NCBI RefSeq assembly: GCF_040938485.1
Contig: NW_027271878.1
Span: 124,001-188,000 of the forward strand
Origin: Diadema antillarum
Taxonomy: Eukaryota
Direction: 5' to 3'
Length of the DNA: 64,000 nt
This document shows, piece by piece, positions 12,193 through 24,948 of the stretch. Position numbers and translations under genes: made by a program. Each line of letters begins with the position of its first letter. Within the stretch, counting starts at the first letter, position 1. The notes under the pieces are model-generated. The model saw only the letters and a program-made list of their open reading frames with translations, had not been told where the DNA came from and made no database searches.

Positions 12193-15100
12193 TCTTCTGT
12201 GGAAATGACTGGCTTGGCTTTGCGCTCTTAGTTTCAATACACGTTGCCGTATTTGTCAATGTTATTATTAGGTTTTGAAGGTCATGAAACGGTTAGGGTC
12301 AATGTGCTGGGTTGCAGAACATTTGTACTAAGAATGGTAGGCAGCGAAACAAAAAATCAAAATAACTCGACCTTTCAGTTGTAACACAGTTACAAAATAT
12401 GATTGTCATGCGAAATCAATGCTTTCTTGAAAACCTAGGATCGGCACTCTTACTACAAATCCATTGCCTTCCACTTTTATAAATCTGTAATCTTTTTCAT
12501 CTCGTCGAATTGATGTGTATTCTGTATCAATCCATCCTCAGTAGCTAACTTCTTCATTTGCTAGAGATTGATAAGACACCTTTTCCAGGCTTTAAAGTGA
12601 ATGACACACGTGACACACTGTGTCTCTATTGCTACAGTACATTGATTTTGATCTTCACAGTCATGTGGGCAGTTTCTACACTAAAGTGATGGAACAATAC
12701 TCTATCTGTTTTCTATCATCACTTTTTTTTCTATCATCATTTTTTTTTCATATGCCTCTCCTCTCGCAGTTGATCCCATTTAGTCTCAAAAGTACAAACA
12801 CAAGGAATGGAAACATTCTTACAAAACACTCGACCGAAATTCTGCTCTTTTCCGGCGTGCTGTTTAATGTTTTCTTTTACTGGGACACTCTATAGTTGAC
12901 TTGTCCTTTTTCCAGCAAGCTGTGTGGCATGAAGCCCTTCACACCCGAAAAAGTGCAATTAGCGCGCACACGTGCGGTCTGCCCCGCGGTCCGTGTGTGC
13001 TTTGACAAGGAAGCTGGACACAACCCGGTATAAGTACATGTATTCACACACCAACCTTCCACACCACGTCACAAACTCTGCCGATTTCAGTGGGCCTTAC
13101 TTGTGTTCATACACCATCCTGAACATCGTGTTTAAATCCATTGTTCCGAATTACTTTCTCTTGACCACTATCTACAGTAGTAAAAAAATTGCCATTACTT
13201 TGAACATGGTGGTCTTGCTTCCGCTTGTGATGGGTGAAGCGAGCTCTACGCGCCTATATGATTTGACGTATTTTCCACTTGATACCTTAACAAGGGATAA
13301 AACCAGCAGGAACAACCGTGTCTTCCCTGACGCGCATTTCTACGAGATCCTTGCGACGCAATGGTAATAACCACGGTAAGGAAAATGCGATATGATGTGA
13401 TAAAGTGCTTTGATGTGCATGTCTCAAGACATTTGCCGGTAGTGCAGTGTTAAACTTATGCAGATAAGGAATATGTCTTTATGTGTGGAACAGAAACATA
13501 CACTTATTATTTTATCTTGTGTATGTGTGTGCGTGTGTGAATGTTCTTTTTTTTTGATTGTGTGTGTGTGTGGTTGTATTTTAAGTGTTCATGAGCGTGT
13601 GTGTAAAGGGTAGGGCACATCATTCTAGGTTCAGAACATTCTTATCAGTAGTCAAACTTATCACCTTGGTGTTTCTCGTATTTCTCAACCTATATAACAC
13701 ATTCTTCAGTACAAGTATTATTCTTATTTATCACCTTTACAATCTAGCTTCCCTGACCAAAAAGAGTAGTCAATCAGACATATCCCCAAGATGCTATTAC
13801 ATCATCTCTCCAAAATTGGCGCCTTAAAGGAGTAACAACAAAATTTCCAGAACCACATAGTTATGATTTTCATAAAGCAGTTGGAAAGAAACGCTGAGAA
13901 CAACACTCGCGAATATTTCTTTTGATGTTGTTACCTTAAGGCATGCTTGAAGCCCGCTGTAATTATGAAGCACTAATCAAGTATCCTATTGATGGTCTTG
14001 CTGCCGTTGTCGTTTTTGTTATATACTGTCATCCTGTACTTGAAAATGACCTTTAAAGGTTGTGGTCGACTTCTGACTTCGCTAATCTATCGATTTACCG
14101 CCAATCACCGGCTCAGAAAGTTCCGCTATTCGAAGCTATACCACTTGTTAGTGATTATAACTCGACAGTTGACCGGGCAGACAGGACTAGCAAAGACGTT
14201 GCTTGACCCAACCCTTGCACTGCTGGCCTTCCAAGGTATTAGGATTAGACTGTACTGTATAAAAGTAGCTGGTTGGGAATATCGCTATACTAGCAAGCTA
14301 CACAGGTTTGACTGATGAAAATGTACCTGACCTTTCAGCCGATAAACATTGCACAGGGCGAGCATAAACACGTGGCTCTACTCTGACCTCCAAAGTAGGA
14401 GGCCCCTACGTGATACCACCTTAACTTTACTCTGTTAGAAGAAAAAAAGGGGATTCGAAATCCCCCGAAAGCATGATAAACCTATGATTACTCCTTTCCT
14501 CATCGTTATCCTAAGTAGTCGAGGCTGATGTCGCCATGTTCGTATTGGAAAGCAAAGAGTCAATTACGTTGGAGATTAATGTTGTGAAAGACATGACCTG
14601 ACTGAGAATTCCGTCCTCCGGAATGTTAATGTTCAATCGCTTGTCCTCCAAAGTAAGCAACCCCGCGATGAGAGGCGTAATTTACCGGGCGAGTACTGTT
14701 CTTCTGACAATGTCTGAGTGTTTGCACAGAGTAGTTGTTAGCCGCCGACGCTTATTCCGTAAGGAGAGCTCTGGTTGATCATTACTATGTATCAACAAAT
14801 TTTATCTCGAAATCACTTTCTTTTTTAATCGTAAAACGTAAGCAGACATTCATGCAAAGATTTCAAATGAGGAGTCACGCCGTGTTTACAAGGAATACAC
14901 AATACAGATCCTAATAGATGAGTTCATAAACTCCCTTGGGTAAGATGTTGATTGCAGACTAGAAGGAGACGGAAGAAGATGAGATGACAAAATGTAAAAA
15001 AAAAGTGAAGGAGAGTCAGTGCGCAACTGCAATGCAGATCTGCTTCAAATTAGTTACAAAAGTTACTCTTGGTTTGTTTCCAGGAAACGAGGCGAAAAAA

Positions 15101-15519
15101 AAATGTGTGCAAATGACTTCGCACGTTCATAAACCTGATGATTGTTATGAAATCGCAATTGAGGCCAATTTCAGGTAATCACTGACATGAAAATCCTACC
15201 AGACACGTCTTGACGAATCAGTTATACTTACCCAAGCTCAAAACAGACAACAAAAAAACGTATTTACTTTCTCACACTCCGCCAGTAAAACGTTCAGTTC
15301 ACTTCCAATTTCCGTTCAATCACCCCCTTCGCTATAAATCTTCAAGAAACGTCTCCGGCAACATCAGTCTACCTTTTGATTTTGCTACTATTTTGTATGA
15401 CCATTATATCTATTATGTTGTATATAGATGTTTCCATAGTTCTTTGATTTCTATTGCGTTTCTGTATATGTTACTTGATATTATTCTTTGTAAGCACGCG
15501 TTATATTTTGTAACTTTTG

Positions 15520-15620
15520 CATCTGACGCAGAGCTCCCTTGTAAAGCAATCCTATATGTCTCCGAATGGGATTACCTTGATTTTAAAGAAGGACATGAAT
15601 AAATAAATAATAAATAAAAA
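15520..15620 (+). mobile_element. Possible L2/CR1-type retroposon 3' tail
   Basis: GAGCTCCCTTGTAAAG...AATGGGATTACCTTG followed by an (AATA)n/A-rich tail. Resembles the layout of L2-clade 3' ends. Short, no ORF. Confidence 0.35.
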
Positions 15621-15649
15621 TGCCATCACTATTCAAACATCGTTATGTA

Positions 15650-15982
15650 AAGGCCCCGTCACACTACAGCGAATGCCCAACGAATGCCAAGCGAAAGCCC
15701 AACGAATTCGAAAATGTGAAGACAGTTTGCATGTCTGACGTTCTTTGAATTCATTAGCTATTCGTAGGGATTCGCAGAGATACGCTGGAGAGTTTGGACA
15801 TGTTTAAAAAAAAAAATCGGCTCCAGCGTATCTCTGCGAATCCCGACGAATAGCTAATGAATACAAAGAACGCCAAGCATGTTACGAACTATTCTAGTAT
15901 TACCAACGGATGTGAACATATCTTCAAATTTTCTAACTTATTGGACATTCGTTGGGCATTCACTGTAGTGTGACGGGGCCTT
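15650..15982. mobile_element. MITE, PIF/Harbinger-like (333 bp)
   Basis: 37-bp TIRs AAGGCCCCGTCACACTACAG(C/T)GAATGCCCAACGAATG with 1 mismatch. Flanked by TA on both sides (or TAA/TTA if the end is drawn one base further in). Internal inverted repeat centred on GGACATGTTT. Confidence 0.85.
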
Positions 15983-16757
15983 TATAGAAAAATAAAATGA
16001 ATATTTTGTTTCAGGTTTTTTCCAGGACAATTAACGTAATAAGGGAGCACTATCAGACCATATCAAGTGTATTTCAGCCGTGTGGATCAGAAGAGTGTGC
16101 CCGTGTCGAGTAAATAGAATATGCCTATAGTTCAAAAGAAAGCCTGGAGATGCGAGTCGGTGACAGCATGGCACGTACTCAGATCATTCTGGCCTTAACA
16201 CCTGTTGCCAATTTACTTTGCGATATATGCGGATGATAACGGACAGGTATCATAGCAAACAGATAGCTATGATGAGTATTGCCTCTCGTCAATTGACATT
16301 GTTTCTCGATGGCGTGATTGGACAGGGACGAGATATTATAGCTGAAATAAAGTATGCACAATCCTCCGCTTTATGTCCATCTCCCACATCCATACATTCC
16401 TAACCTGAGCATAACGGGACGCCCACAATAGCCTGTATGATTTTTCATTACACATTATACACTAGCGATAAGAACATCTGTCTAAATAAGGTATATCTGT
16501 CTTATTTCTTTTTCTTATTCCTTCCTAGTATTTCATTTAATTTCATCCCTTTTCTATCGTTGAAATGCGTTCTTTTCCTCTTTTTGCTTGCTTTTTTTCT
16601 TTTGCTTTTTTTTAAATTGCTTTATCCAAAATGTTCACTAAAGAGGAAAAACGTGAATACTTTATTGTTACATTTCTTGGGACGTCGATATAAGATACAG
16701 ACAAATACATCGTACTCATCCGTCTGGGGGAGCGTATGATAGACACAATGATCTCTG

Positions 16758-17049
16758 TCTCACTGAGCGGCGAATGTTTGCAAACGTTGCGATTTTAGGC
16801 TTCGTTCAGGGTTCGTAAAAAGTTGCAATCAATTTTGTTAACAGTTGCAATCAAACTCGCAAACAGTTTCCATTGTCGCAAACAGTGTTCCATGTCGCAA
16901 GAAATTTTGAACATGTTCACAATTTCTTTGCGACAAGAAAACAGAAAAACAGAAAATCAAAACTGTTTGCGAATTTGAGTCCAAATCTTTACGAACCCTG
17001 ACGAAACCTAAAATTCCCTACGTTCGCAAACATTCGTCGCTCAGTGAGA
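16758..17049. mobile_element. MITE, PIF/Harbinger-like, left end slightly eroded
   Basis: 30-bp TIR TCTCACTGAGCG(G/A)CGAATGTTTGC(A/G)AACGT, with weaker complementarity to about 70 bp. Central palindrome TGTCGCAA...TGAACATGTTCA...TTGCGACA. Confidence 0.8.
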
Positions 17050-17931
17050 TACCCCTCTACATAGAGATCGGGGGTAAAAACGAATGACTGCCCTCTGTTG
17101 TCTAAGATGCGGCACTTTCATTGTGGCATTTCTGATTGTCGCTACATTGACCCTGATGACTTGTAAGACGAATAAAAAAAAAGACCAGAACTTTTGATTT
17201 TCTCTTGGGTGTCGGGTTCCCCGGTGACTTTTGTTTGCAAGCTGAAACGGAGCTAAACTTGAGAAATAACACCACATTCATGATATATCGGTTTCTTGAA
17301 GTAGGTCAGATCTAACACTTGGAGGTCAGTCATTGTTATTTCATTCTAGGGGCTATATGTTATGATGGCTGGTAGTTTCGCCCAGCAGCTTTGGATGCAA
17401 GAAAAAGTGAAAGTAGCCAAAAGCAGAAGTGTGACGTCAAGTTTAAAGACGTGCTGTCCAGTTTTGTTAGAGATGGGACTTTGCGTCAAATAACAAATGA
17501 AAGTTATTCCAAAGGCAAAAAAAAATCAATAAAAGAAATCAAATGGCAGTAAAGGGGGCGGGGGTGAGGGGCACAGGGGTTAGTAAAATACTGTTTATTT
17601 GTCTAGTTACCATTTACAAGTTTGTTTGTTTGAGATCATACTACACAGGGGGAAGACGCCTTCACATTACTTCTTTATGATGCGTTCCAGTTTTTTCCAG
17701 TGATTACTGTTAAATTCTATGGGTCATGTTCTTGTCAAACTACCTCGATCTGCGGAAGTACAGAGAAAAAAAGTCACATAATGTTGATTAGCTGGATGGA
17801 CCTGAAAAAAAAAACCCTCCTGAACACAACCTGTCAAGGAAAGTGAAGAGAGATGAAATTGAGAACTCAACATCCATCTGTATCTCTTTTATTTTTGTCC
17901 TCATTTCTTGAAACGCGTACATAGAGAGTTA

Positions 17932-19132
17932 CTAGGTGTTTCAAAAAACATTTCCCACTTTTGATCATTAATAGCTCAAAAACTATTCATCCGATAAAAC
18001 TGTCATTGATATAAACAATAGCTGAATAGTGTACAATTTGGTTGAAGGTAATTTGAATGTGAAAGCAAAAATTTTTTTCATTAAATCTAAGATTGATTTT
18101 GAAGTAAGGTTTCAGATTTTGGTCAAATTTTAACCCTCTGTACAAAAATTGAACCTTGCACAGGAACCAATGATGTGTATGTGAGTGTGTGCTGACAATG
18201 GCCCTGAACAATGGACATGCCTGAACCACCTGTTGACTAGGCGTCAGTCTCTTGCTCTCAGGCAGATGAATGCTTAATCAATAATTCATGTGGATTGCCC
18301 TGGGCACTGCTAGTCTGGATTCATGCACGGTAAAGGGTAAACTGCATGCACATGGAAAAAGGAAGCACACGTTTCCATGTGCTTGCAACCACCACGTTCC
18401 ATTCCAGCTAGCAATCATTTTCAATTTTTGCTTCATATATCACTAAATTTGGGATATAGATAAGCATAAGTGATCTAAAGTTCCTCATTTTAATGCAACT
18501 GTCTACTAATTAAATAGTCTGACAAATTTTTCACTTTTTGATAAAAAGAAATAATTTTTGGTAAAGAGTTCAGCAGCATTTATCATTGGGGCGATATATT
18601 TCACAGTAGATTACAAGTGTATACTCTAATTGATTTTCTTTGCTTCCAGTCACAATGTTTACGATAGAACAGAAGGTATTCATTGTAATTTCGTTTTTCA
18701 GAAGTAGGGAGAGCACTGTCGAGACCCAACGACAGTATCGGCAGGCGTTTGACTTTACACAGATACTGCCAGAGGATGAATAAAGACTAGTTGTGATAGT
18801 GGAATTTCTCATGAATAAATAATGAAGCATTCAAACCGTAACCATTGTTTAGGACCATTGTCAGGGTGTTAACCACACACTCCGTACACACCCATTGACC
18901 CCTGTGCAAAGTGAAATTTTGTACAGGGGGTTGAAAATAGAGCAAAATCTGGAACCTAACTGTGAAATTAATCATGGATTTCATGAAACTGATTTATGTT
19001 TTCATATTTAAACCACCTTCAACCAAATTGTACACTATTCAGCTAGTTCTCATATCAATGACAGTGTTATCTGATATATAGTTTATGAATTATTAAGGTT
19101 CAAAAGTGGGAAATGTTTTTTGAAACACCTAG
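17932..19132 (+). mobile_element. Non-autonomous long-TIR Tc1/mariner element (DUF4817/DD41D-like deletion derivative, 1201 bp)
   Basis: TA TSD on both sides (17930-31, 19133-34). Perfect 33-bp outer TIR CTAGGTGTTTCAAAAAACATTTCCCACTTTTGA extending as imperfect TIRs of about 300 bp. Internal transposase N-terminal remnant. Confidence 0.88.
18655..18783 (+). pseudogene. Truncated transposase N-terminus (42 aa)
   Basis: Manual translation MFTIEQKVFIVISFFRSRESTVETQRQYRQAFDFTQILPEDE*. It fits the M-x-[FY]T-x-EQ[KR]VFIV...S-x-V-x-TQR-x-[FY]R-x-x-F N-terminal HTH pattern (DUF4817) of Tc1/mariner transposases. No DDD/E catalytic domain. Below the ORF-track length cutoff. Confidence 0.75.
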
Positions 19133-19521
19133 TATAAGTGAGACACTCCACATTGAAATGGTAATATCATAGGCCTACTTTCAATGCGCTATCTTCGCGC
19201 TTTGAAAATTTAACTCAACTGGAGCAATCCATATTCGTATCTCTAGCTAGCTATCTCTAGTTACAAAATATTGTACCTGTTTTGTCCTTGAAATCGTGAC
19301 GAAATTGAAACATTCCTGCTCTAAAAGCTGTCATTCTCCTACCGAACAATTACGTGAGGCAATCTCTGGTTTTCCTCTCTTGGTTTTGATGGATACGGAC
19401 TGCGACAACGGAAAGAAGACCGACTCTTCTACTTTCTTTAGAGGCTTAGTAAACGAAGTTACGATGAATGAAATCTAAATGTATCCTGTTTGACTCCAAC
19501 GCCACGACCAGTTTCTTCTCA

Positions 19522-21359
19522 TCAGAGCCGAGATTCGCGCAGGGCGACGCAGATCTCTCGAGCAAGGCACTTCTCGTGACAGACGTAATATGGATCGATC
19601 TCACCGACCTTTCCGATGATAGGGTCAAACGAGGGAGGAGAGCTCAATTGTGACATCGCTGTCAGGAAAGAATGTTCTACCAGTTCAGAGGTAATTGCAG
19701 AGTAATGGGTCCAAGAAGGTGACCGTGACCTTGGTACGTATACGCGGGCAACTTTATGGTTGTTCTGTGATGACAAGTGGATTCGATGGCGGCAATAACG
19801 GCGCTCATTCTAAGAGCAATCTCCCAGAGTTTAACTAAAATGTTTCAACAGGAAGGCCGGCTTGGATGATGTTTGAAAGTAATCCGCCAAATGCAATGGC
19901 TTGACAAGCCCAGCGACGAAAATGGACGGTGCATTTACGGATTTGGCATATCTGATAGATTTAAACCTAATGACGGTATCTTGGTCAAGAGAATTCGTTG
20001 ATTCTAACTGACGTGTTATAAAAGCAAACGTCTGAAGCTAAGAGACATTTTCTTCCTTCGTTGCATTTCAAAGCTATGAGTTATTAGACTGCGCACGTAT
20101 ACCATAAGAGGTCGAAGACTGGGGGAGTGTCGTTTGTTCAAGTGCATCAAGATAGTGTCAGTTCACAACAATCTACTTTTTAGCGTAGGGATTCTCATGG
20201 AGTAGAAATGCATACTGGAATGCTGGCCCGGCTCGGATATATTCGAAAATCCCGGTATCGAATTGTGTACAACATTTTAAAGAAGAAATCCACCCCAAAA
20301 ATATATAAACTGCAAAAGAGAGAAAAAAAAATCCCTACAGAACAATACAAAAATGGAAAAAAAATCGGATAAGAAATAAGGAAGATGTGACATTTTTAGA
20401 TTTCACATTTATTTTCGGAAACATTGCTTGAACAGTCCTTACGAATATTCAAATCAGCAAGTGGACGATGTCATGCTCTCACAATATTTCTTATTCATTC
20501 CACATACAGAAATGACAAAAAAAAATCACATTTCAGCTGTGTAGATATAAAACTTGTCTCAAAACCACCGAAAATAAAATAGAACAAAATAATGTTAATT
20601 GTGATATATCTTGATATGGGAACATGCTTTTACTTATAATTTAGCTATAAAAGTAACACTTTTCCCGGATTTTATCTGGTAACAAACATGTAAAATTGTG
20701 ATGTTATGACATCAGGGGGTGGATTTCTTCTTTAACTGATCTCGAAGAATCTTCTCTGGAGTTTAACAGTACCGAGAAGCGTACTAGTCGATGCATTCAT
20801 TATATTCGCTGAGCGGGGCTTACCGGTGTTTTCGAATGTATCCCGGAGGACAGCGAATGAATCGGGCCAGCTATGAATCCCCATATACCCTACTGGGTCT
20901 TTAAGGCTTAATCGTTTGGTGATATACATACCTGAGTCGGTTCCTTTAAATGTCTTAGTGACAGCAATTATCCCACTAATCACCTAACGCTTTAATAACC
21001 ACATCTGATACGAACACGCGTAGACTTTCTGCATGCATAGTTCATTTCTTCGGCAAAAAGTACAAATCGTTTGACACGTGCTAAAGTGACATATCAAAAT
21101 CATCACTACGAAGAATTAGGTTACAGGTATTTAGTCGTGCTGATGCATTTCCCATCATGCGTTCTTCCGCCTGTGGACTTACTAAGAATCAAGAAGCCAG
21201 CGGGAATCGTTGATGATGCCTCTTATTATTCCAATTTGGCAAATTTCGGCTCCCCTCGTTTGCATAATGAGATGAATTAAAAGAGTGCGAATGCGGAGGT
21301 AAGTTTACCTGTTGTCTTATGTGCCCTCCATATCCAGGTGATAATCGAGCGAGCGCCAT
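19522..21359 (-). CDS. Speculative 3-exon small ORF (79 aa, ends -SRL); exons 21359-21309, 20983-20932, 19658-19522
   Basis: GT-AG sites are phase-compatible (0, then 1). Donors CAG|GTAAAC and CAG|GTATGT. The last acceptor TTCTTTCCTGACAG is good, the middle acceptor is weak. No recognised homology. Confidence 0.15.
20281..20731. mobile_element. Kolobok-like non-autonomous DNA transposon (451 bp)
   Basis: TTAA TSD (20277-80, 20732-35). Perfect 16-bp TIR AGAAGAAATCCACCCC. Purine-purine termini rather than the CCY of piggyBac. Confidence 0.85.
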
Positions 21360-23134
21360 TGCTGGTGTGCTTTGGATGCGATAACCGTACCTATACAGAA
21401 AAAAAAAACAACAACAACGAATCGTTAATTTTATAGTGTGGTATCCGAGCAGGTGACTAGGGTCACAGAAAAGCACGCACACACACACAGACACACACAC
21501 GTACTAGTATGGGGAAAAAGGGGAAAAGACAGCATCTCGCGAGTCTGATAATTCCTTCAATTGACATTGCCCGCCTTTTCAAGTGGCCAGTTGATTATTC
21601 ACAACAATTCACATTGTATATTACAATAATGGAAATGCATGATTACAAACTATATAGCAAAGTATAGCATAGCTGTTTCGGTTTGAAATTGAAGTCGGTA
21701 AATTGAACTGGTACCTCTAGAGATGTAATCCCGGCATTTTCAAATTGATCGCATTGTTTATTGTACTTATGCATAATATCAATATTTGCTGGAAATAAAT
21801 GTCACTGAACTGAACTGAACTGAACTGGAGAGTTGTATTCGTACATGCAATGTATTACCCTGACGACAAGAATTGGAAAGAAAATAGGTATACGATGAGA
21901 GCGAATTATCAAAAGCAAAAGCAGAAATATTAGTAGTAGATGTAGTGGTAGCAGTGGTGGCAATATCAGCAACACATTTCAAATCGTATTACTAGTGTTG
22001 CTATTTTAGGTATAAAAGACTTAATTATTTTTAGCGCTATAAGTGGTAGAAATTATTCCTATTTTTTTGTCATAATCATGAGAATAGAAGTTATGACGGA
22101 CACAACTCTATCGGACTGTTGAGACGACCATTAATCATATTGAAATGACAATGATAATTAATCTTGAAATATCATCCGTTATGTTTCTTGTTGGTGGCAC
22201 AAGAAACATACAAGCAAACAGGCAAGGAATCAGCAATGACCATCTCTGGATGCTGGTTTGTTTTGTATGATCTTTGTTACATGACAAGAATCCAGAAGAA
22301 AGCAAAGTCATAATTTTGCAGAATCGAGCATTTGAAATTCATTGAAAGCCTCCAAGTATACCAATAGAGCTATACATCCAAATGAGGAAATGACACGTAC
22401 ATTAATTTGTTATCCCCCCCCCTTCCCGTTGTAATTTAATTGTAAAAGTAAAGAGTGGAACTCGGTGTACAGAAATTCAGTCCACATTGTTTCGGTCATT
22501 CTTGCCATGGTTTTGAGTGCTGCAATAATCATGACGATTGCTGCGAGTCAAACATCAAAGGTAAAGTCAACATTGGCACACTGTTCGCACACGCAGTTCT
22601 CATAAAACTTGACAGAACGTGATTTTGCTGATGACATTCAATATCAGCTTAATTCTATTTCAATGAGTTTTATGTGGCTCTTAATGAGATTTTATGGCCG
22701 TTTTCAAGATTGTAAATTCTGTGAGAGCACATTTGAATTAATGGATTATCTACGACTCCCCCTCCCCAGAAATAATGATAAATGAAAAAGAGGGCCGTAG
22801 AAAGAAATGACGACGTTATCATTTCAGCAATAGTGACATGAATATGCAATAACGCGTATGTGTCGGACTTTTACTTTTAACATGTTAATGCTATTATAAA
22901 CTGAGATGACGTCATATTTTGATGAGGTTTGAGACTAACAAAGCTTAGGGTATAATGACTTATTCTTCAAACGCGTGTTGCGAATGTCCTAATTCGTGTA
23001 CTCCCTATGCGTTTTGTTCGTCTTCGTTTATGGTATAAATTAGATTTTCATTATAAGCTGTTCAGGAGATTTTCGGAGCTGGCTACTTGAGCTTCCTCCC
23101 AAAATATCTCATCAGAAATTGATTGTTCGTGGAA

Positions 23135-23139
<5 letters not shown>

Positions 23140-23192
<53 letters not shown>

Positions 23193-23196
23193 GTCT
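23140..23196. repeat. (CT)n microsatellite
   Basis: Direct reading. Confidence 0.95.
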
Positions 23197-24202
23197 CTCT
23201 GTCTGTCCTTGTATCATTCCCACACTCACATGAATACAACCAACACGTACACATGTACAGTAATAAGCTACAAAGGGCGCAAAGTAAGTAATTCGATTAA
23301 GCTTTACGAACCTCCAGGGGCACATTCGTAAGAAATTAGAAATCGTGAAATGCCAAAAGTACTTGTTTATAATGACGCCCATCATGCGTAATATAATCTG
23401 ATTGCGCCTACATACGTGAATCCCAGAAACGTTTGGGATGGTAAGTAAATCACTTCATGTGAAATACCAGGAATTGATGCCTTAACAATGTCAATAAGCA
23501 ATTTGGGAATTGAAATTTGAACTAAAATCTGGCAAGCTAATAATTAGGATAACATTAAGTCGAACTACTTCTATACACGACAGGTGCAATCCCCACACTT
23601 TTTAAGAAACTTCGTTTCTTTGTACTAGAGCGGAACATACCGAGAAAACTTTATGTAGTACTTTATGAGATTAGACGCGACAAGCCTAATGGGTATTCGA
23701 GATAAAAATGGAAGCATTTGAACCATCATGTCAAACTCAAGTATAAGTAATGATAATCTTCATTACCATTTATACAATGACTGCATATCAAAGCGAAATT
23801 CAAATATGCGCAATGGTGTATTGTGAAAATGACGCAACCAAATCTATGTTGGTTGTTCGGTTGTTTTATTCTTGTTTCGTTTTCACCTTCCATATAATTA
23901 GATGTAACTTGGCTTCTTTTGACGTCTATCTCCTCAGATTCAAGAGAATGTCGTTTCGTTTTCAGACTCATATCTAATCTTGTCTTTCTCTGAAGGAAAG
24001 TATATTCTTAATTATCAAACATTGTAAACATGGGCATGCAAAGGAAATCATAACAATCTACAAAATATTGACCATACGTTATTTCACGACATAATCATGG
24101 GCAAAAGTGGAGGTAGACTTTAATCCAAAAAAAAAAAAAAAAAATATGTTGCCCATATGGAAGTATTCCTGTAGAAGACTTTGGCATTAATGTTAATTTC
24201 AG

Positions 24203-24366
24203 ATGGGCGCGATCGAGTTAATCCAGAAGTTATAATGGAAGTACAGCAATGCTGTCGAAATTATATTTATGATCTTTTCAAAGAGCTTATACGTCGCAAC
24301 ATTGATTGCGCGTCGCTATGGCGTCAAGTCAATGAGATTTTAATGGAAGTTAAAGACGAGATTTAA
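24203..24366 (+). CDS. Candidate terminal coding exon, unknown product
   Basis: Acceptor TTAATTTCAG|, then (D)GRDRVNPEVIMEVQQCCRNYIYDLFKELIRRNIDCASLWRQVNEILMEVKDEI*. Non-repetitive and amphipathic-looking. No convincing upstream coding exon and no recognised family. Confidence 0.2.
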
Positions 24367-24754
24367 TACTGAATCTGTTCTTCTTGAAAGCAAGAATGTT
24401 TCATACTGTATAGTGATTATGACAGTCAAGATTCATGACTTTGATGGATGATAACAATTTCAGTTACTAGCTCCTGCATGCCAGCTTAGTCCCTTTTCTT
24501 TGAATAATTGTATTGCTAATAATCGAGATGACAGTAATGATGATGATAATCAAAATGATAATAACATGAGTATTCATAATGATGAAAATAATAATGATGA
24601 CAATAATAGTAATAATGATACTTATATCATATAGCCAAAAAAAAAATACTCGGGGAGCGCTGACCGCAGCTAAGCAGCTGATTTCCACCCATGTATACAC
24701 AAAATTCTGCGCTAAAATTGCCTTATTTTCAACGATAAAGAATCCTTCAAAAAA

Positions 24755-24948
24755 AAAATCCAGTATCCAGACGACGAACCGGATTATTACCAAGATTTAA
24801 TGAACTATTCCTTGTGTCATTATCAAGTGTTCCCAAAAATTTCATTAAAATCCCTTCATAACTTTTTGAGTTATTTTGCAAACAAACAAACGAACGAACA
24901 AACAGACAAACCACGCTGGTAAGTACATAACCTTCTTGGCGGAGGTAA
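24755..24948 (-). mobile_element. Truncated Helentron-associated (DINE-1/HINE-like) element
   Basis: Minus strand starts TTACCTCCGCCAAGAAGGTTATGT, then a (GTTT/GTCT/GTTC)n microsatellite and AATAACTCAAAAAGTTATGAAGGGATTTTAATGAAATTTTT. This is the layout I associate with DINE-like elements. Confidence 0.6.

Noticed and set aside
13821-13942. Possible short TTAA-flanked MITE
   Set aside because: The putative TIRs match only partially, with indels (GTAACAACA core). Not enough to call.
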